A DNA stretch of 33,162 bases from a virus. Its lineage: Duplodnaviria; Caudoviricetes. The notes below the pieces were generated by a model, which saw only the letters and a list, made by a program, of their open reading frames with translations, was not told the DNA's origin and did not search any database. Positions 1-8,897 of the stretch are shown one piece after another. Where the stretch lies: positions 1 to 33,162 of IMG/VR virus record IMGVR_UViG_3300030376_005255. One strand, 5' to 3'. Made by a program: the position numbers and the translations under genes. The number at the start of each line of letters is the position of its first letter. Within the stretch, counting starts at the first letter, position 1.

Positions 1-2029
1 TTAAAGAAAAGTTTTGTGCAGAAGCTAAAGCAGTTGCTGTAGCAGCATTACCAGTTGTAGAACCTGATGTACCTGATACGTTACCTGTAACATTACCAGT
101 TACATTTCCCTCTAAGTTTGCTATTAATGTTCCTACTGTATGGCCAGTTGCAGAAATATCTACTGTTGTAGTAGGTTCTGTTTGTAAGCCATGAAATAAT
201 CTAAACTTATCGGTTTGAGAAGCATCCCATACTAAACCACCAAACTTAGTAGTTGATGATTGTACATATTTACCATAAAAACCAAAATCAACAGAGTTAC
301 CAGTATTGTTATCTGCGTATCGAACCATTGGGTCATTTATTGTTACAGTTGTAGATTCAACAGCAGTTGTAGTTCCATTTACTGTTAAGTTGCCGTCTAA
401 TACTAAATTATTAAATGTTACATTATCTGAAGTTCCAACAGCTTGTCCTATTGATATAGCACCTGTACCATTGTTATAAGTAACACCAGTGCCACCAGAT
501 AAACTTGTAAGTGTTATAAATGCAGAGTTTGTATTAGAGTAATTAGCTAAATCATTATCAACAACAAAATCTATATTTCCATCAGTATCATCATAAGATA
601 CAGTTATTAAGGTTTCTGTTCCGTCTAACATACCTCCAACAAAATCTTCTACTTGCTCTTGTGTTAGAGTTGCTGTAATAAATCCAGAAGTACTGTTGTC
701 ATAATTTGCTAAGTCATTATCAACAACAAAATCTATGTTGCCGTCAGTATCGTCATAAGATACAGTTATCAGAGTTTCTGTACCATCAAGCATTCCACCA
801 ACAAAGTCTTCAACCTGTTCTTGTGTTAATTGAGTATTTGTATCAGTAGCATCTAGTGTAAGTGTTCCTGCTGTATCATCATATGTGGCTGTTACATTTG
901 TACCACCTACAATTACACCATTTACAAAATCTTCAACCTGTTCTTGTGTGAGCTGAGTGTTTGTATCAGTAGATGCAATTGTCAAAGTACCTGCAGCATC
1001 ATCATAAGTTAATGAGACATTAGACCCTGCTGTAAGCAAAGAATCTACTCTATCATCAACTCTTTCATTTAAATCAGTTGTTATTTCACTTAAGTCAGCT
1101 GATATTGTTAATTGGTCATTACTATCGTCATAACTGATATCTATACCTGATGTTGCTGAATCAACTAATAGTGTTCCTACTCTGTCGTCTACTCTTTCAT
1201 TCAAGTCAGTAGTTATTTCTGATAAATCTGCTGTCAAGGTAAATGAATTTGCAGCATCATCGTATGCTACATCTACACCATTTCCTCCAACTACAAAACC
1301 AGAACCTATTCTGTCATCTATTCTTTCATTTAAATCAGCAGTAACTTCTGATAGGTCTGCAGTAAATGTTAATGTACCAGCAGCATCATCATAAGCTGTA
1401 TCTACACCAGCACCACCAACAATAAGAGCATTTACTCTATCATCAACTTTTTCATCTGTATAGTAAAAATTAGAAGAGCCTTCAGTTAAATCATCAGTGG
1501 TTAATCCTGATAAGCTAGAGACTGTACCTGTTACATTACCTTCTAAGTTTGCAACTATAGTTCCAGCAGTACCACTGAATACTTCAGCAGCATTTGTTGC
1601 ATCAGGTATAAAAACAAATTTTCCTGTACTATCATCAAATCCAAAGAAACCTAACTTTGGTGCTGAACCAGTATGGTATCTAAACTCAATACCTCTATCT
1701 TTATTATCATCTGACGCTGGTGCTGTATCTCCACCTAATGTAAATATTGGGTCATCAACTGTTACTGTTGTTGAATTTACTGTAGTAGTTGTACCATCAA
1801 CTTGAAGATTGCCTCCAACTACTAAGTTTCCTGATGTTTGTAAACCTGCAAATGTAGGAGCATCACTTGTTCCTAAACCTAAACCCTCTAATAAAGCAGC
1901 TAATGATGCGTAAGAACCACCTGTACCACCATCATCTAAACCTATAAACTCAGTAGATTGAAGCTCAGCAAAACCAGTGGGGTTACCACTATTATCAAAA
2001 TTAACTCTTACTGGTGTTTTTTCTGCCAT
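1..2029 (-). CDS. Tail fibre / virion structural protein, partial (>=676 aa, runs off the left edge)
   Basis: Not in the ORF track. ATG at 2029 overlaps the TAA of the upstream gene (TAATG). The frame MAEKTPVRVNFDNSGNPTGFAELQ... stays open to the window edge. It contains two GNL(Q/T)V(D/N)GTTT..STTVT..DP...ANLEGNVTG modules and seven YDD repeats typical of aquatic phage fibres. Confidence 0.85.
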   Translation of the reverse strand, partial: MAEKTPVRVNFDNSGNPTGFAELQSTEFIGLDDGGTGGSYASLAALLEGLGLGTSDAPTFAGLQTSGNLVVGGNLQVDGTTTTVNSTTVTVDDPIFTLGGDTAPASDDNKDRGIEFRYHTGSAPKLGFFGFDDSTGKFVFIPDATNAAEVFSGTAGTIVANLEGNVTGTVSSLSGLTTDDLTEGSSNFYYTDEKVDDRVNALIVGGAGVDTAYDDAAGTLTFTADLSEVTADLNERIDDRIGSGFVVGGNGVDVAYDDAANSFTLTADLSEITTDLNERVDDRVGTLLVDSATSGIDISYDDSNDQLTISADLSEITTDLNERVDDRVDSLLTAGSNVSLTYDDAAGTLTIASTDTNTQLTQEQVEDFVNGVIVGGTNVTATYDDTAGTLTLDATDTNTQLTQEQVEDFVGGMLDGTETLITVSYDDTDGNIDFVVDNDLANYDNSTSGFITATLTQEQVEDFVGGMLDGTETLITVSYDDTDGNIDFVVDNDLANYSNTNSAFITLTSLSGGTGVTYNNGTGAISIGQAVGTSDNVTFNNLVLDGNLTVNGTTTAVESTTVTINDPMVRYADNNTGNSVDFGFYGKYVQSSTTKFGGLVWDASQTDKFRLFHGLQTEPTTTVDISATGHTVGTLIANLEGNVTGNVTGNVSGTSGSTTGNAATATALASAQNFSL
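539..1460 (-). repeat. Seven tandem ~41-54 aa repeats (E.V[DE]D.V....G......YDD..G.L) within the fibre gene
   Basis: Translated units begin EKVDDRV, ERIDDRI, ERVDDRV, ERVDDRV, EQVEDFV, EQVEDFV, EQVEDFV, each followed by YDD. The last two are identical over 43 aa (539-667 vs 701-829). Confidence 0.9.
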
Positions 2030-3183
2030 TATTCAGCTACTTCCATATCTACTATTTGATTGCTTCCAGATGAATTTACTACTGTTAATTGTAGTGTACT
2101 GTTATCGGATTTTGCTGGCATTAAAACATCTGATGTACTTCCTGAACTTAATAGTAAAGGTATACTTCTTGTGCTTACTCCAACAAAACCACCACCACCA
2201 GATACTGTATCAGAGGTTGCCACATTAAAAAATTTATTTCTTAAAGGAACACCCTGCGTTACACCTGATGCATTCACTACTGGTACTTTACTAGCCATTG
2301 AGAAAGTTTTGGGTATATTATTTGTGACCTTAACTTCATTAGTTGAAGTATCTGTACTAATAGTTACCTTATCTCTTTCACTATCATATCTACTATCTAC
2401 TGATGTATTGTTCTCTGAGTTAAATTTTAAAGCAGCAGAAGTAGCATCGGCATTTAAAGTACTTTGATTTGTAGATTGAACTTGTGTAAAAGCATTTTGA
2501 TTTAGTTCTCCATCTGTATTTGCATTTATTGTTATAGAATCATTATTAGCATCTACATTAAAAGTAACATTAGAACCTGGTGTAAGTGTTAGTGTATCAG
2601 TATTGTTGTCTGCTTGTATAGTTGTACCACCAGCAACTATGGTTCTAAATGCTTCGCTACCAGCAGAAGTATTAGTATTTGTAATTGTTATTGTATCTGT
2701 AGAAGTATCAGTGGAAATACTTATTCCTGTACCTGCAGATATATTTAATGTATCTCCTGCTTGGTCAGCTACTACATTTGATTGTCCACTTACCGCTAGT
2801 GTTTTAAATCCACTTTCCTGTGTAACTGGAGATGACCATGATATGTTACCAGTTCCATCAGTGGTAAGCATTTGACCTGATGCACCAGAGTTACCATTTA
2901 TTAATAATTTTGAAGATAGTATATCTAATGCACCATCAGTTGTTATCTGAAGTCTTTCTGTATTATCTACACCAAATATTAATTTTTTACTTGCACTTGT
3001 ATTAATTACAAATGTACCATCTGAAACAATAGATTGTCCATCTAAAGATAAAGTATGTTCCGAATCTACTAATGCAAGAACTGCATTACTTATTGAGTAA
3101 CCAAAAGAACCATCGAGAATATGTTCGGCGGCTCCATCGCCTGACATCTGACCGCTAGATGTGTGTGTTTGTGTGATAGCCAT
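2029..3183 (-). CDS. Tail fibre-like virion protein (384 aa)
   Basis: S/T/G-rich. Contains ERLQITTDG, GASGQMLTTDGTGNISW and three F(K/R/T)T....Q....AD...DTL...G..I....D...D.ITI repeats. Located in the tail module. Confidence 0.7.
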   Translation of the reverse strand: MAITQTHTSSGQMSGDGAAEHILDGSFGYSISNAVLALVDSEHTLSLDGQSIVSDGTFVINTSASKKLIFGVDNTERLQITTDGALDILSSKLLINGNSGASGQMLTTDGTGNISWSSPVTQESGFKTLAVSGQSNVVADQAGDTLNISAGTGISISTDTSTDTITITNTNTSAGSEAFRTIVAGGTTIQADNNTDTLTLTPGSNVTFNVDANNDSITINANTDGELNQNAFTQVQSTNQSTLNADATSAALKFNSENNTSVDSRYDSERDKVTISTDTSTNEVKVTNNIPKTFSMASKVPVVNASGVTQGVPLRNKFFNVATSDTVSGGGGFVGVSTRSIPLLLSSGSTSDVLMPAKSDNSTLQLTVVNSSGSNQIVDMEVAE

Positions 3184-3455
3184 TAACCTACACCAGGTAT
3201 CTCGCTATCAAAACTCCCTCCTAACTGACCATATATAAAAATCATTCTATTCATTTCTTCCATAACTTCTTTAACTGCCATATACCAATTTTCGTATTCT
3301 TGATGATTTTCATCAAGCCTATCAATCATTAATCCAAAATGCTCTCTTTCTAAATCTTCAATTCTTCTTAGAACATAAGCCATTTTGTAATCATGACTTA
3401 TAAATCTATAAGGCATATGGAATTCATCTTTCTTTTTTTGATTATCGTCAGACAT
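3183..3455 (-). CDS. Hypothetical protein (90 aa, helical; possible fibre-associated protein)
   Basis: Fills the gap exactly, with TAATG overlaps on both sides. Confidence 0.65.
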   Translation of the reverse strand: MSDDNQKKKDEFHMPYRFISHDYKMAYVLRRIEDLEREHFGLMIDRLDENHQEYENWYMAVKEVMEEMNRMIFIYGQLGGSFDSEIPGVG

Positions 3456-6400
3456 TATCCCTCCAATGCTTCGATTCTAGCAGTTAAATCTGAATTCTGT
3501 GTGCTTAGTTCTTGTATTGCTTTTACTAATGGTGCAATCATATTGGATGATGAATAATTGTAAGTATCTTTATCTTCTTCATAATTAAGTAATTCATAAG
3601 TTTTAGAATCATCTATATAATTTTCCATATCTTGAGCAAGAAAACCGAAAACATAATTTTCACCAGCGTCTGTAAATGTTTCTTCAAGCGTTCCTTCACA
3701 ATCTTCTATTGTGCATCCATCATCTGTTTTATAAAATTCATTACATTGACTACAAGAAAAACCAGTAGACCATTGTTTCCAAGTAAATTCTTTAGGTTCT
3801 AAATTATTAATAAAATCTAAACCATAAGTAAGTTCAGCTATATTTTCTTTTAATCTTTGGTCAGATGCACTAGATTCAAATAATCTATAAACTCTTCTCC
3901 ACCTGTTACCAGATTCACCTAAGTCAGTTGTATTGTCAGTATTTGGTCTTAAAACTCTATAACTTATATTGTCACTAGCATTTGCTCTGAAGTCAGTTGT
4001 GCCTCCACCTCTTAAAAAAACACTAGAGCTGTCAAACCCTACGACGGAGCTTCCAAAGCGTTGTTTAAATTGAGAACCATGAACTGTACCAGTAGCAAGC
4101 ACTTCATCCTGTACAGTTATATCAGTTCCAATAGTTGCACTATTTGCACTCATGTTTGCAGAAGTATTTATATTAAAAGACATACTGATACTTCCACCAC
4201 CAATTAATGTAGCGTCTAAAGTACCACCAGAAATTGAATTTGCCGATATAGAACCACTAGATATATTATCAGCATTTAAGTTAGTAACATCTATAACAGA
4301 AGCATCAATACTTCCAGAAGTAATACTGTTTGCACTTAAATTAGAAACCTTTGCATCTGTTACAGAATCGTTTTCTAATTGATTTGTTCCAACAGAGTTT
4401 GAACCCATCATAGATTTAATAATATTTACTGAACTTGAAGATATTTTATTAAAGTTTAAAGAACCAGCAGTTATAGTTCCTGCATCTAAAGTACCACCAG
4501 ATATTTGGTCAGCAGAAATAGAACCACTAAATGTACCACCTGCTGCACTTAGATTACCTGAAAAAGTTCCTGTAGCAGCATTAAGTGCTCCTGAGAATGT
4601 ACCACTAGCACCAGTTATATCTCCTCTAAAGTTACCTGTGTTAGCTTCAATAGTACCGTCAGCTTTTATTATCCAACCATCAGAACCTGAAGAGTAGTTA
4701 CTAGATTTAATAACAGCACTATCAGATGTATTAGTTCCAACAATAATTTCTTGACCAGCAATAGTACCTGCAGTAATTTTACCTGCAGTTAATGTATCTA
4801 TTTTTGCATCAGTTACAGCTAGATTATTTATTTTAGCAGTAGTGATTGCAGCATCAGATATATTTGCAGTAGCTACTAAATTACCATTAGCTGATTGTTC
4901 ATCTGATGGAGAAGATTCATTTCCTGCATTATCTACTGCTGTGAATCTAAAGAAGTGTGTAGAACCATTAGGCATCTGTACTTCACCTACTACAGGTATC
5001 TGATGTTTTATAGAAGCTGAACCAACATTTAATTCTCCAACTTTGTGTTGTTGTTTATCATTTGCTGAGGATAAAGAAAAACCTGAAGAAGTTGATGCGT
5101 ATACATTTAAATGATGTGTATCTCTTTGTAATGTAAAATTAACGATAGAACCTATAGCATTACCTGAATCATCTTCTGCTCTACCTAAATTATGTATTAT
5201 CTGAACTCTTAGAGCTCCAGCTGCTATTGTTGCAGCAGGTCCTGGTTTAGATGGAGCATTAGTATCTAAAGCGGTTGTGACTGTTCCAGTTGCTGGTTCA
5301 GATGTATTAGCATTAGTTAGTATTGCAATAACCCTTACTTCGTAAGAAGTATTTAACTGTAATCCTTCAATTGTAAAATCATTAGTAGAACTCCAATTTA
5401 TAAATGAAGATTGATAGTCACCAGTTGTATTAGTTGGTTTCCAATCTATTTGATACTGTAAACCATTTTGAACAGGTGAACCATTGTCATATGTAGGTTC
5501 TTCCCATTGAACAAATATAATTGCATTATCTCTTCCTAAGTCATCCTGTACTGTTGCAGATGTAAGTTTTAAATCACCTTCAACTAAAGTATCGGGATGC
5601 CTAGGTTTTCTTACTCCTGTCTGTCTAGTACCAGATACTACTCCTGTTACAGCAGAGCTAAATCTTAAATCTTCTCCTATACGTTTTTGTAAATCACCAA
5701 TGTCTAACTGTGTATTACCAGTTTCCCAAGAAACGTAATCTGATAAATCTATGTACTCAACTCTGTAGGGAGATGTTGAAGCAACTTTTCTAAGGTACAC
5801 ACCATATCCATCTTTGACTGGCCATGTTATTCCTGTAATTCTTATTTTTTCAGGATTAATAATTTGACCACGGTATGCTACTTCAAATAAAGAACTTCTA
5901 CCATCTTCTATTCTCTTTGCTTCAGTATCTTCAAATCTTATTTCAGGGTCATAAACATATATCATATCTCCAACACTAAAGTCACCTTGTAAGTCATACT
6001 CTTCTAATGAAAGTGATAGAGTTTTCTTTACCTTCTTAAATTCATTTAGATAAGCTAGAGCTCTTTCATTTCTTTGAATATTAGGTATATTGTTTTCACC
6101 AACAAATTGTATTCTTTCTAAGTCAGCTCCAAATAAATCTTTATAAGGTGTGTTATTATCAAATGCTTCTGCATGGTCAGCTTGTTGTGATGAGCCTTCA
6201 GCTTGTGTAAGTAACTCTACACCTGATACATAATCTTCTGCATCAAACTGTGCAGTAATTTGTTCTGGTGTAAGACCAGATATTGCTGGGTCTTCTCCAG
6301 ATACATCTCTTACAATTATTGCAGGTGGTTCATTTGTTCCATGACCTCCAAACAAAACCTCTTTTTTACCAGCATCTAAAGTTCCATTTGTATTTATTCT

Positions 6401-8203
6401 ATATTCTGTTTCCAACTGTTCAGAAATAGTATTGATTGCTGAATAAACTGACTCAACATAATGTTCCCCATTGTATAAACCTGTAGTAGAAGTAGTTGAT
6501 AATTCAGAACTAGGAGCAGTAAAGTTAGCAGTATATAATGCAGTTCCCTTTGTTACTCTTAATCCATCAATATAACCTTTAAAGTAATCTGAACCTTGTG
6601 AACGACCAATTGAAAATTTTAAAGTTCCATCTCTTGTATTTCTTGTTATAGCTTTTGGAGATGTAAACTCAGAAACTTTTGTACCATTTTTAAAAGTTCT
6701 AAATACATTACCTTTTCTTGTAATAGCAAAATGATTCCATTGACCATAGTTAATCGTTCCCATAGATTGACCATCTGCAATATCCCAGATAGTTGTATCG
6801 GTACCACTTGATATCGTGCTTTGTGAAAGAGATGAACGCATATAAACTTTAGATGTTCCTGCTCCATCTTCATTAAGACCAATTATAAATGCAGGTGTTT
6901 GCCCATCAGGATTAGCTGCAAAAACAGCTCCATGATTAGTAGCACTTCTAGGTGCTCCAACTACATCTGCGCCATGATAAAACTTTTCATTTGGTTGCCA
7001 AAATTTAGAATAATACTTTTGATAGAGTGGGTCATTTTCATAGAAGGTTGTACTACCAGGTTCAGTAGCGTATATAGACCTGTTACCTGTGTAATAATCT
7101 GGAACATCTGTGCTTAAGTTTGCAATTAATGCAGAACTTGCTCCTGTATGAAAGTCTACAGATGGTGTAAAAAATACTTGTTGTTCATCTGATGCAACAG
7201 TTCTACTTGTAGAATTTCTAGCACCAATTGAACCATCTAAACCAAAATCTACATTTTTTTTATTTTCAAAATATTCAACTGGTATTGTTGCACCTTGATA
7301 CCAATCAGGTTGTGTTATTGGATTAATATTTGTTGGAAAGGTTCTTGAACCTGCTGTACCTACCAACTCATCTATATCATTATTTCTTCTATCTATTTGT
7401 GGTTTTACCCAAAAGTAAGTTCCATCTTTTCCAACAGAAGCTAACCACATTAGTGCATATGCAGCATTATTATATGCTGTTAAGTTAGCAGTAGCTGTTA
7501 CTGAAGTGCCATCAACTAATTTATATCTGTCTACAAAAAATGAATGTTCAAATCCAGCTTGTCCTTGATGAAAACATATAGCAACCATAAGGTCATAGTG
7601 TTTTTGTGCAAGTGTATTGTCGTAAGGGAAAGCATCTTTATGAGAATTAAAGACAGACTTAACTTTTGTTTCTACTGCAGATAATTTGTCTTGTAGTAAC
7701 TGTTCAGCTAATGTCGCCGAAAAAACTTTAGTAGAATTAGTTGAATCGTTACCTGTATATTTTAATTTAATAGAAGCATTAGTAACTTGATTGCCAGCCT
7801 CATTTTTAAAGAAACCACCAGTACTGTTTGTAGCATTAGCATCACTAAATTCTACAGGAAATATAAATGTCGTTCCGCCAATATCTATACCTGTATTGTA
7901 AACATTATTAAATAAAGTATCTTTTCCAGGAACACCATCAAGAGTTGTTCCATAACCAATAGTTAAAGTACCTCTTATTTGTCCATGATAATTTGGGTCA
8001 TATGGAACACGACCATAGAAATCACTTATGTAATTAGTTGTTGCATTTGATGGTTTAGGGTCATTATCTAAATACTGTAAACCTACTGCAGAAAATAAAG
8101 GATATCCATCATCATAAACAAATGGTATATATTTTTCAGCTGATTTTATTTTGGTTAAACCAGAAGAAGATAAAGAAGCGTTAGCTAAATCAAACTGTGG
8201 CAT
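3455..8203 (-). CDS. Multidomain tail-tip/central fibre protein: GH24 lysozyme-like N-terminus, LamG C-terminal half, hub-like region, FN3, gp58-like repeats, C-terminal intramolecular chaperone (peptidase S74-like)
   Basis: Lysozyme-like motifs GLTKIKSAE..VYDD, GTLTIGYG and AEQLLQDKL. LamG motifs QWNHFAITRKGN and YFKGYIDGLRVTKGTALYTANF. FN3 motif WEEP...FTIEGLQLNTSYEVRVIA. Repeats ANISDAAITTAKI..LTAGKITAGTI. Chaperone motif SDQRLKENI...GFLAQD...APLVKAIQEL. Confidence 0.85.
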   Translation of the reverse strand: MPQFDLANASLSSSGLTKIKSAEKYIPFVYDDGYPLFSAVGLQYLDNDPKPSNATTNYISDFYGRVPYDPNYHGQIRGTLTIGYGTTLDGVPGKDTLFNNVYNTGIDIGGTTFIFPVEFSDANATNSTGGFFKNEAGNQVTNASIKLKYTGNDSTNSTKVFSATLAEQLLQDKLSAVETKVKSVFNSHKDAFPYDNTLAQKHYDLMVAICFHQGQAGFEHSFFVDRYKLVDGTSVTATANLTAYNNAAYALMWLASVGKDGTYFWVKPQIDRRNNDIDELVGTAGSRTFPTNINPITQPDWYQGATIPVEYFENKKNVDFGLDGSIGARNSTSRTVASDEQQVFFTPSVDFHTGASSALIANLSTDVPDYYTGNRSIYATEPGSTTFYENDPLYQKYYSKFWQPNEKFYHGADVVGAPRSATNHGAVFAANPDGQTPAFIIGLNEDGAGTSKVYMRSSLSQSTISSGTDTTIWDIADGQSMGTINYGQWNHFAITRKGNVFRTFKNGTKVSEFTSPKAITRNTRDGTLKFSIGRSQGSDYFKGYIDGLRVTKGTALYTANFTAPSSELSTTSTTGLYNGEHYVESVYSAINTISEQLETEYRINTNGTLDAGKKEVLFGGHGTNEPPAIIVRDVSGEDPAISGLTPEQITAQFDAEDYVSGVELLTQAEGSSQQADHAEAFDNNTPYKDLFGADLERIQFVGENNIPNIQRNERALAYLNEFKKVKKTLSLSLEEYDLQGDFSVGDMIYVYDPEIRFEDTEAKRIEDGRSSLFEVAYRGQIINPEKIRITGITWPVKDGYGVYLRKVASTSPYRVEYIDLSDYVSWETGNTQLDIGDLQKRIGEDLRFSSAVTGVVSGTRQTGVRKPRHPDTLVEGDLKLTSATVQDDLGRDNAIIFVQWEEPTYDNGSPVQNGLQYQIDWKPTNTTGDYQSSFINWSSTNDFTIEGLQLNTSYEVRVIAILTNANTSEPATGTVTTALDTNAPSKPGPAATIAAGALRVQIIHNLGRAEDDSGNAIGSIVNFTLQRDTHHLNVYASTSSGFSLSSANDKQQHKVGELNVGSASIKHQIPVVGEVQMPNGSTHFFRFTAVDNAGNESSPSDEQSANGNLVATANISDAAITTAKINNLAVTDAKIDTLTAGKITAGTIAGQEIIVGTNTSDSAVIKSSNYSSGSDGWIIKADGTIEANTGNFRGDITGASGTFSGALNAATGTFSGNLSAAGGTFSGSISADQISGGTLDAGTITAGSLNFNKISSSSVNIIKSMMGSNSVGTNQLENDSVTDAKVSNLSANSITSGSIDASVIDVTNLNADNISSGSISANSISGGTLDATLIGGGSISMSFNINTSANMSANSATIGTDITVQDEVLATGTVHGSQFKQRFGSSVVGFDSSSVFLRGGGTTDFRANASDNISYRVLRPNTDNTTDLGESGNRWRRVYRLFESSASDQRLKENIAELTYGLDFINNLEPKEFTWKQWSTGFSCSQCNEFYKTDDGCTIEDCEGTLEETFTDAGENYVFGFLAQDMENYIDDSKTYELLNYEEDKDTYNYSSSNMIAPLVKAIQELSTQNSDLTARIEALEG

Positions 8204-8204
8204 A

Positions 8205-8897
8205 TCACGGACTCAACCTGTATTCCCACCATTCAATAGTGAAATCTCTATCATCTAAATTTAAATCATTATTGTAATCTATTTGTACGTGGTCTGATGC
8301 TCCAGTTAATTCTAGAGAAGAACCACCAAATTGGTTTTGGTCGGTTGATATCTGTGCATTATCAAAAAATGTTAAAGTTTGTCCTAAGGCAGAAGCGTCA
8401 GTAGTTGTTATTGCTCCGTCACTACCATTAAAGTTTAATAAAAGAGTTGTATCTTCTTTAGATGGGTCAGTAATTGTTCCTGCTCTAATAGCTCTCTGTT
8501 TTCCTTCATCACCTTCTCTCAATATTCCAAATGGTTTACCACTTGAGTTATCAAGAACAAAAGATAAAGTCTTTTCGTTATAAGTTCTTTTAGAAGATAA
8601 GCCACCTTTTTCAGCTATAGGTAATCCTCTTGTCTCACTATCACCTAAGTAAGCAATTAAACCTGTACCTTCAACTTCTACTGTTTCGTCTTGAATTGCT
8701 AATTCTGTAATAATTCCTACATACTCAGCACTTGACAACATACTTGAATCATCAAGTTCATCTTCTGAAACACGGGCAGGCATTATAACAATATGCTCCC
8801 ATGGTTCTATAGAGTTCACTATTGAGTTAGGTACTAAATCTATATTTAAAGAAACATTAAATGTTCCAGGTGCCATAAGTTTTTCTGTTACACTCAT
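8205..8897 (-). CDS. Tail-tip protein N-terminal part, ending in the first half of a LamG/concanavalin-like domain
   Basis: Follows the distal tail gene (ATGA overlap). Its C-terminus TLLLNFNGSDGAITTTDAS...NAQISTDQNQFGGSSLEL.G..DFTIEWW is the typical first half of phage LamG_3 domains, and the frame then stops. Confidence 0.8.
   Translation of the reverse strand: MSVTEKLMAPGTFNVSLNIDLVPNSIVNSIEPWEHIVIMPARVSEDELDDSSMLSSAEYVGIITELAIQDETVEVEGTGLIAYLGDSETRGLPIAEKGGLSSKRTYNEKTLSFVLDNSSGKPFGILREGDEGKQRAIRAGTITDPSKEDTTLLLNFNGSDGAITTTDASALGQTLTFFDNAQISTDQNQFGGSSLELTGASDHVQIDYNNDLNLDDRDFTIEWWEYRLSP

Noticed and set aside
539-829. Repeat pair as a diversity-generating retroelement TR/VR
   Set aside because: The differences are synonymous and not adenine-specific, both copies are in frame in one gene, and there is no reverse transcriptase in the window.
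8190-8207. TGA readthrough or an alternative genetic code joining the tail ORFs
   Set aside because: The same frame stops again four codons later (TAT GCC ACA GTT TGA), the next ORF is in a different frame, and the standard code tiles the window well.
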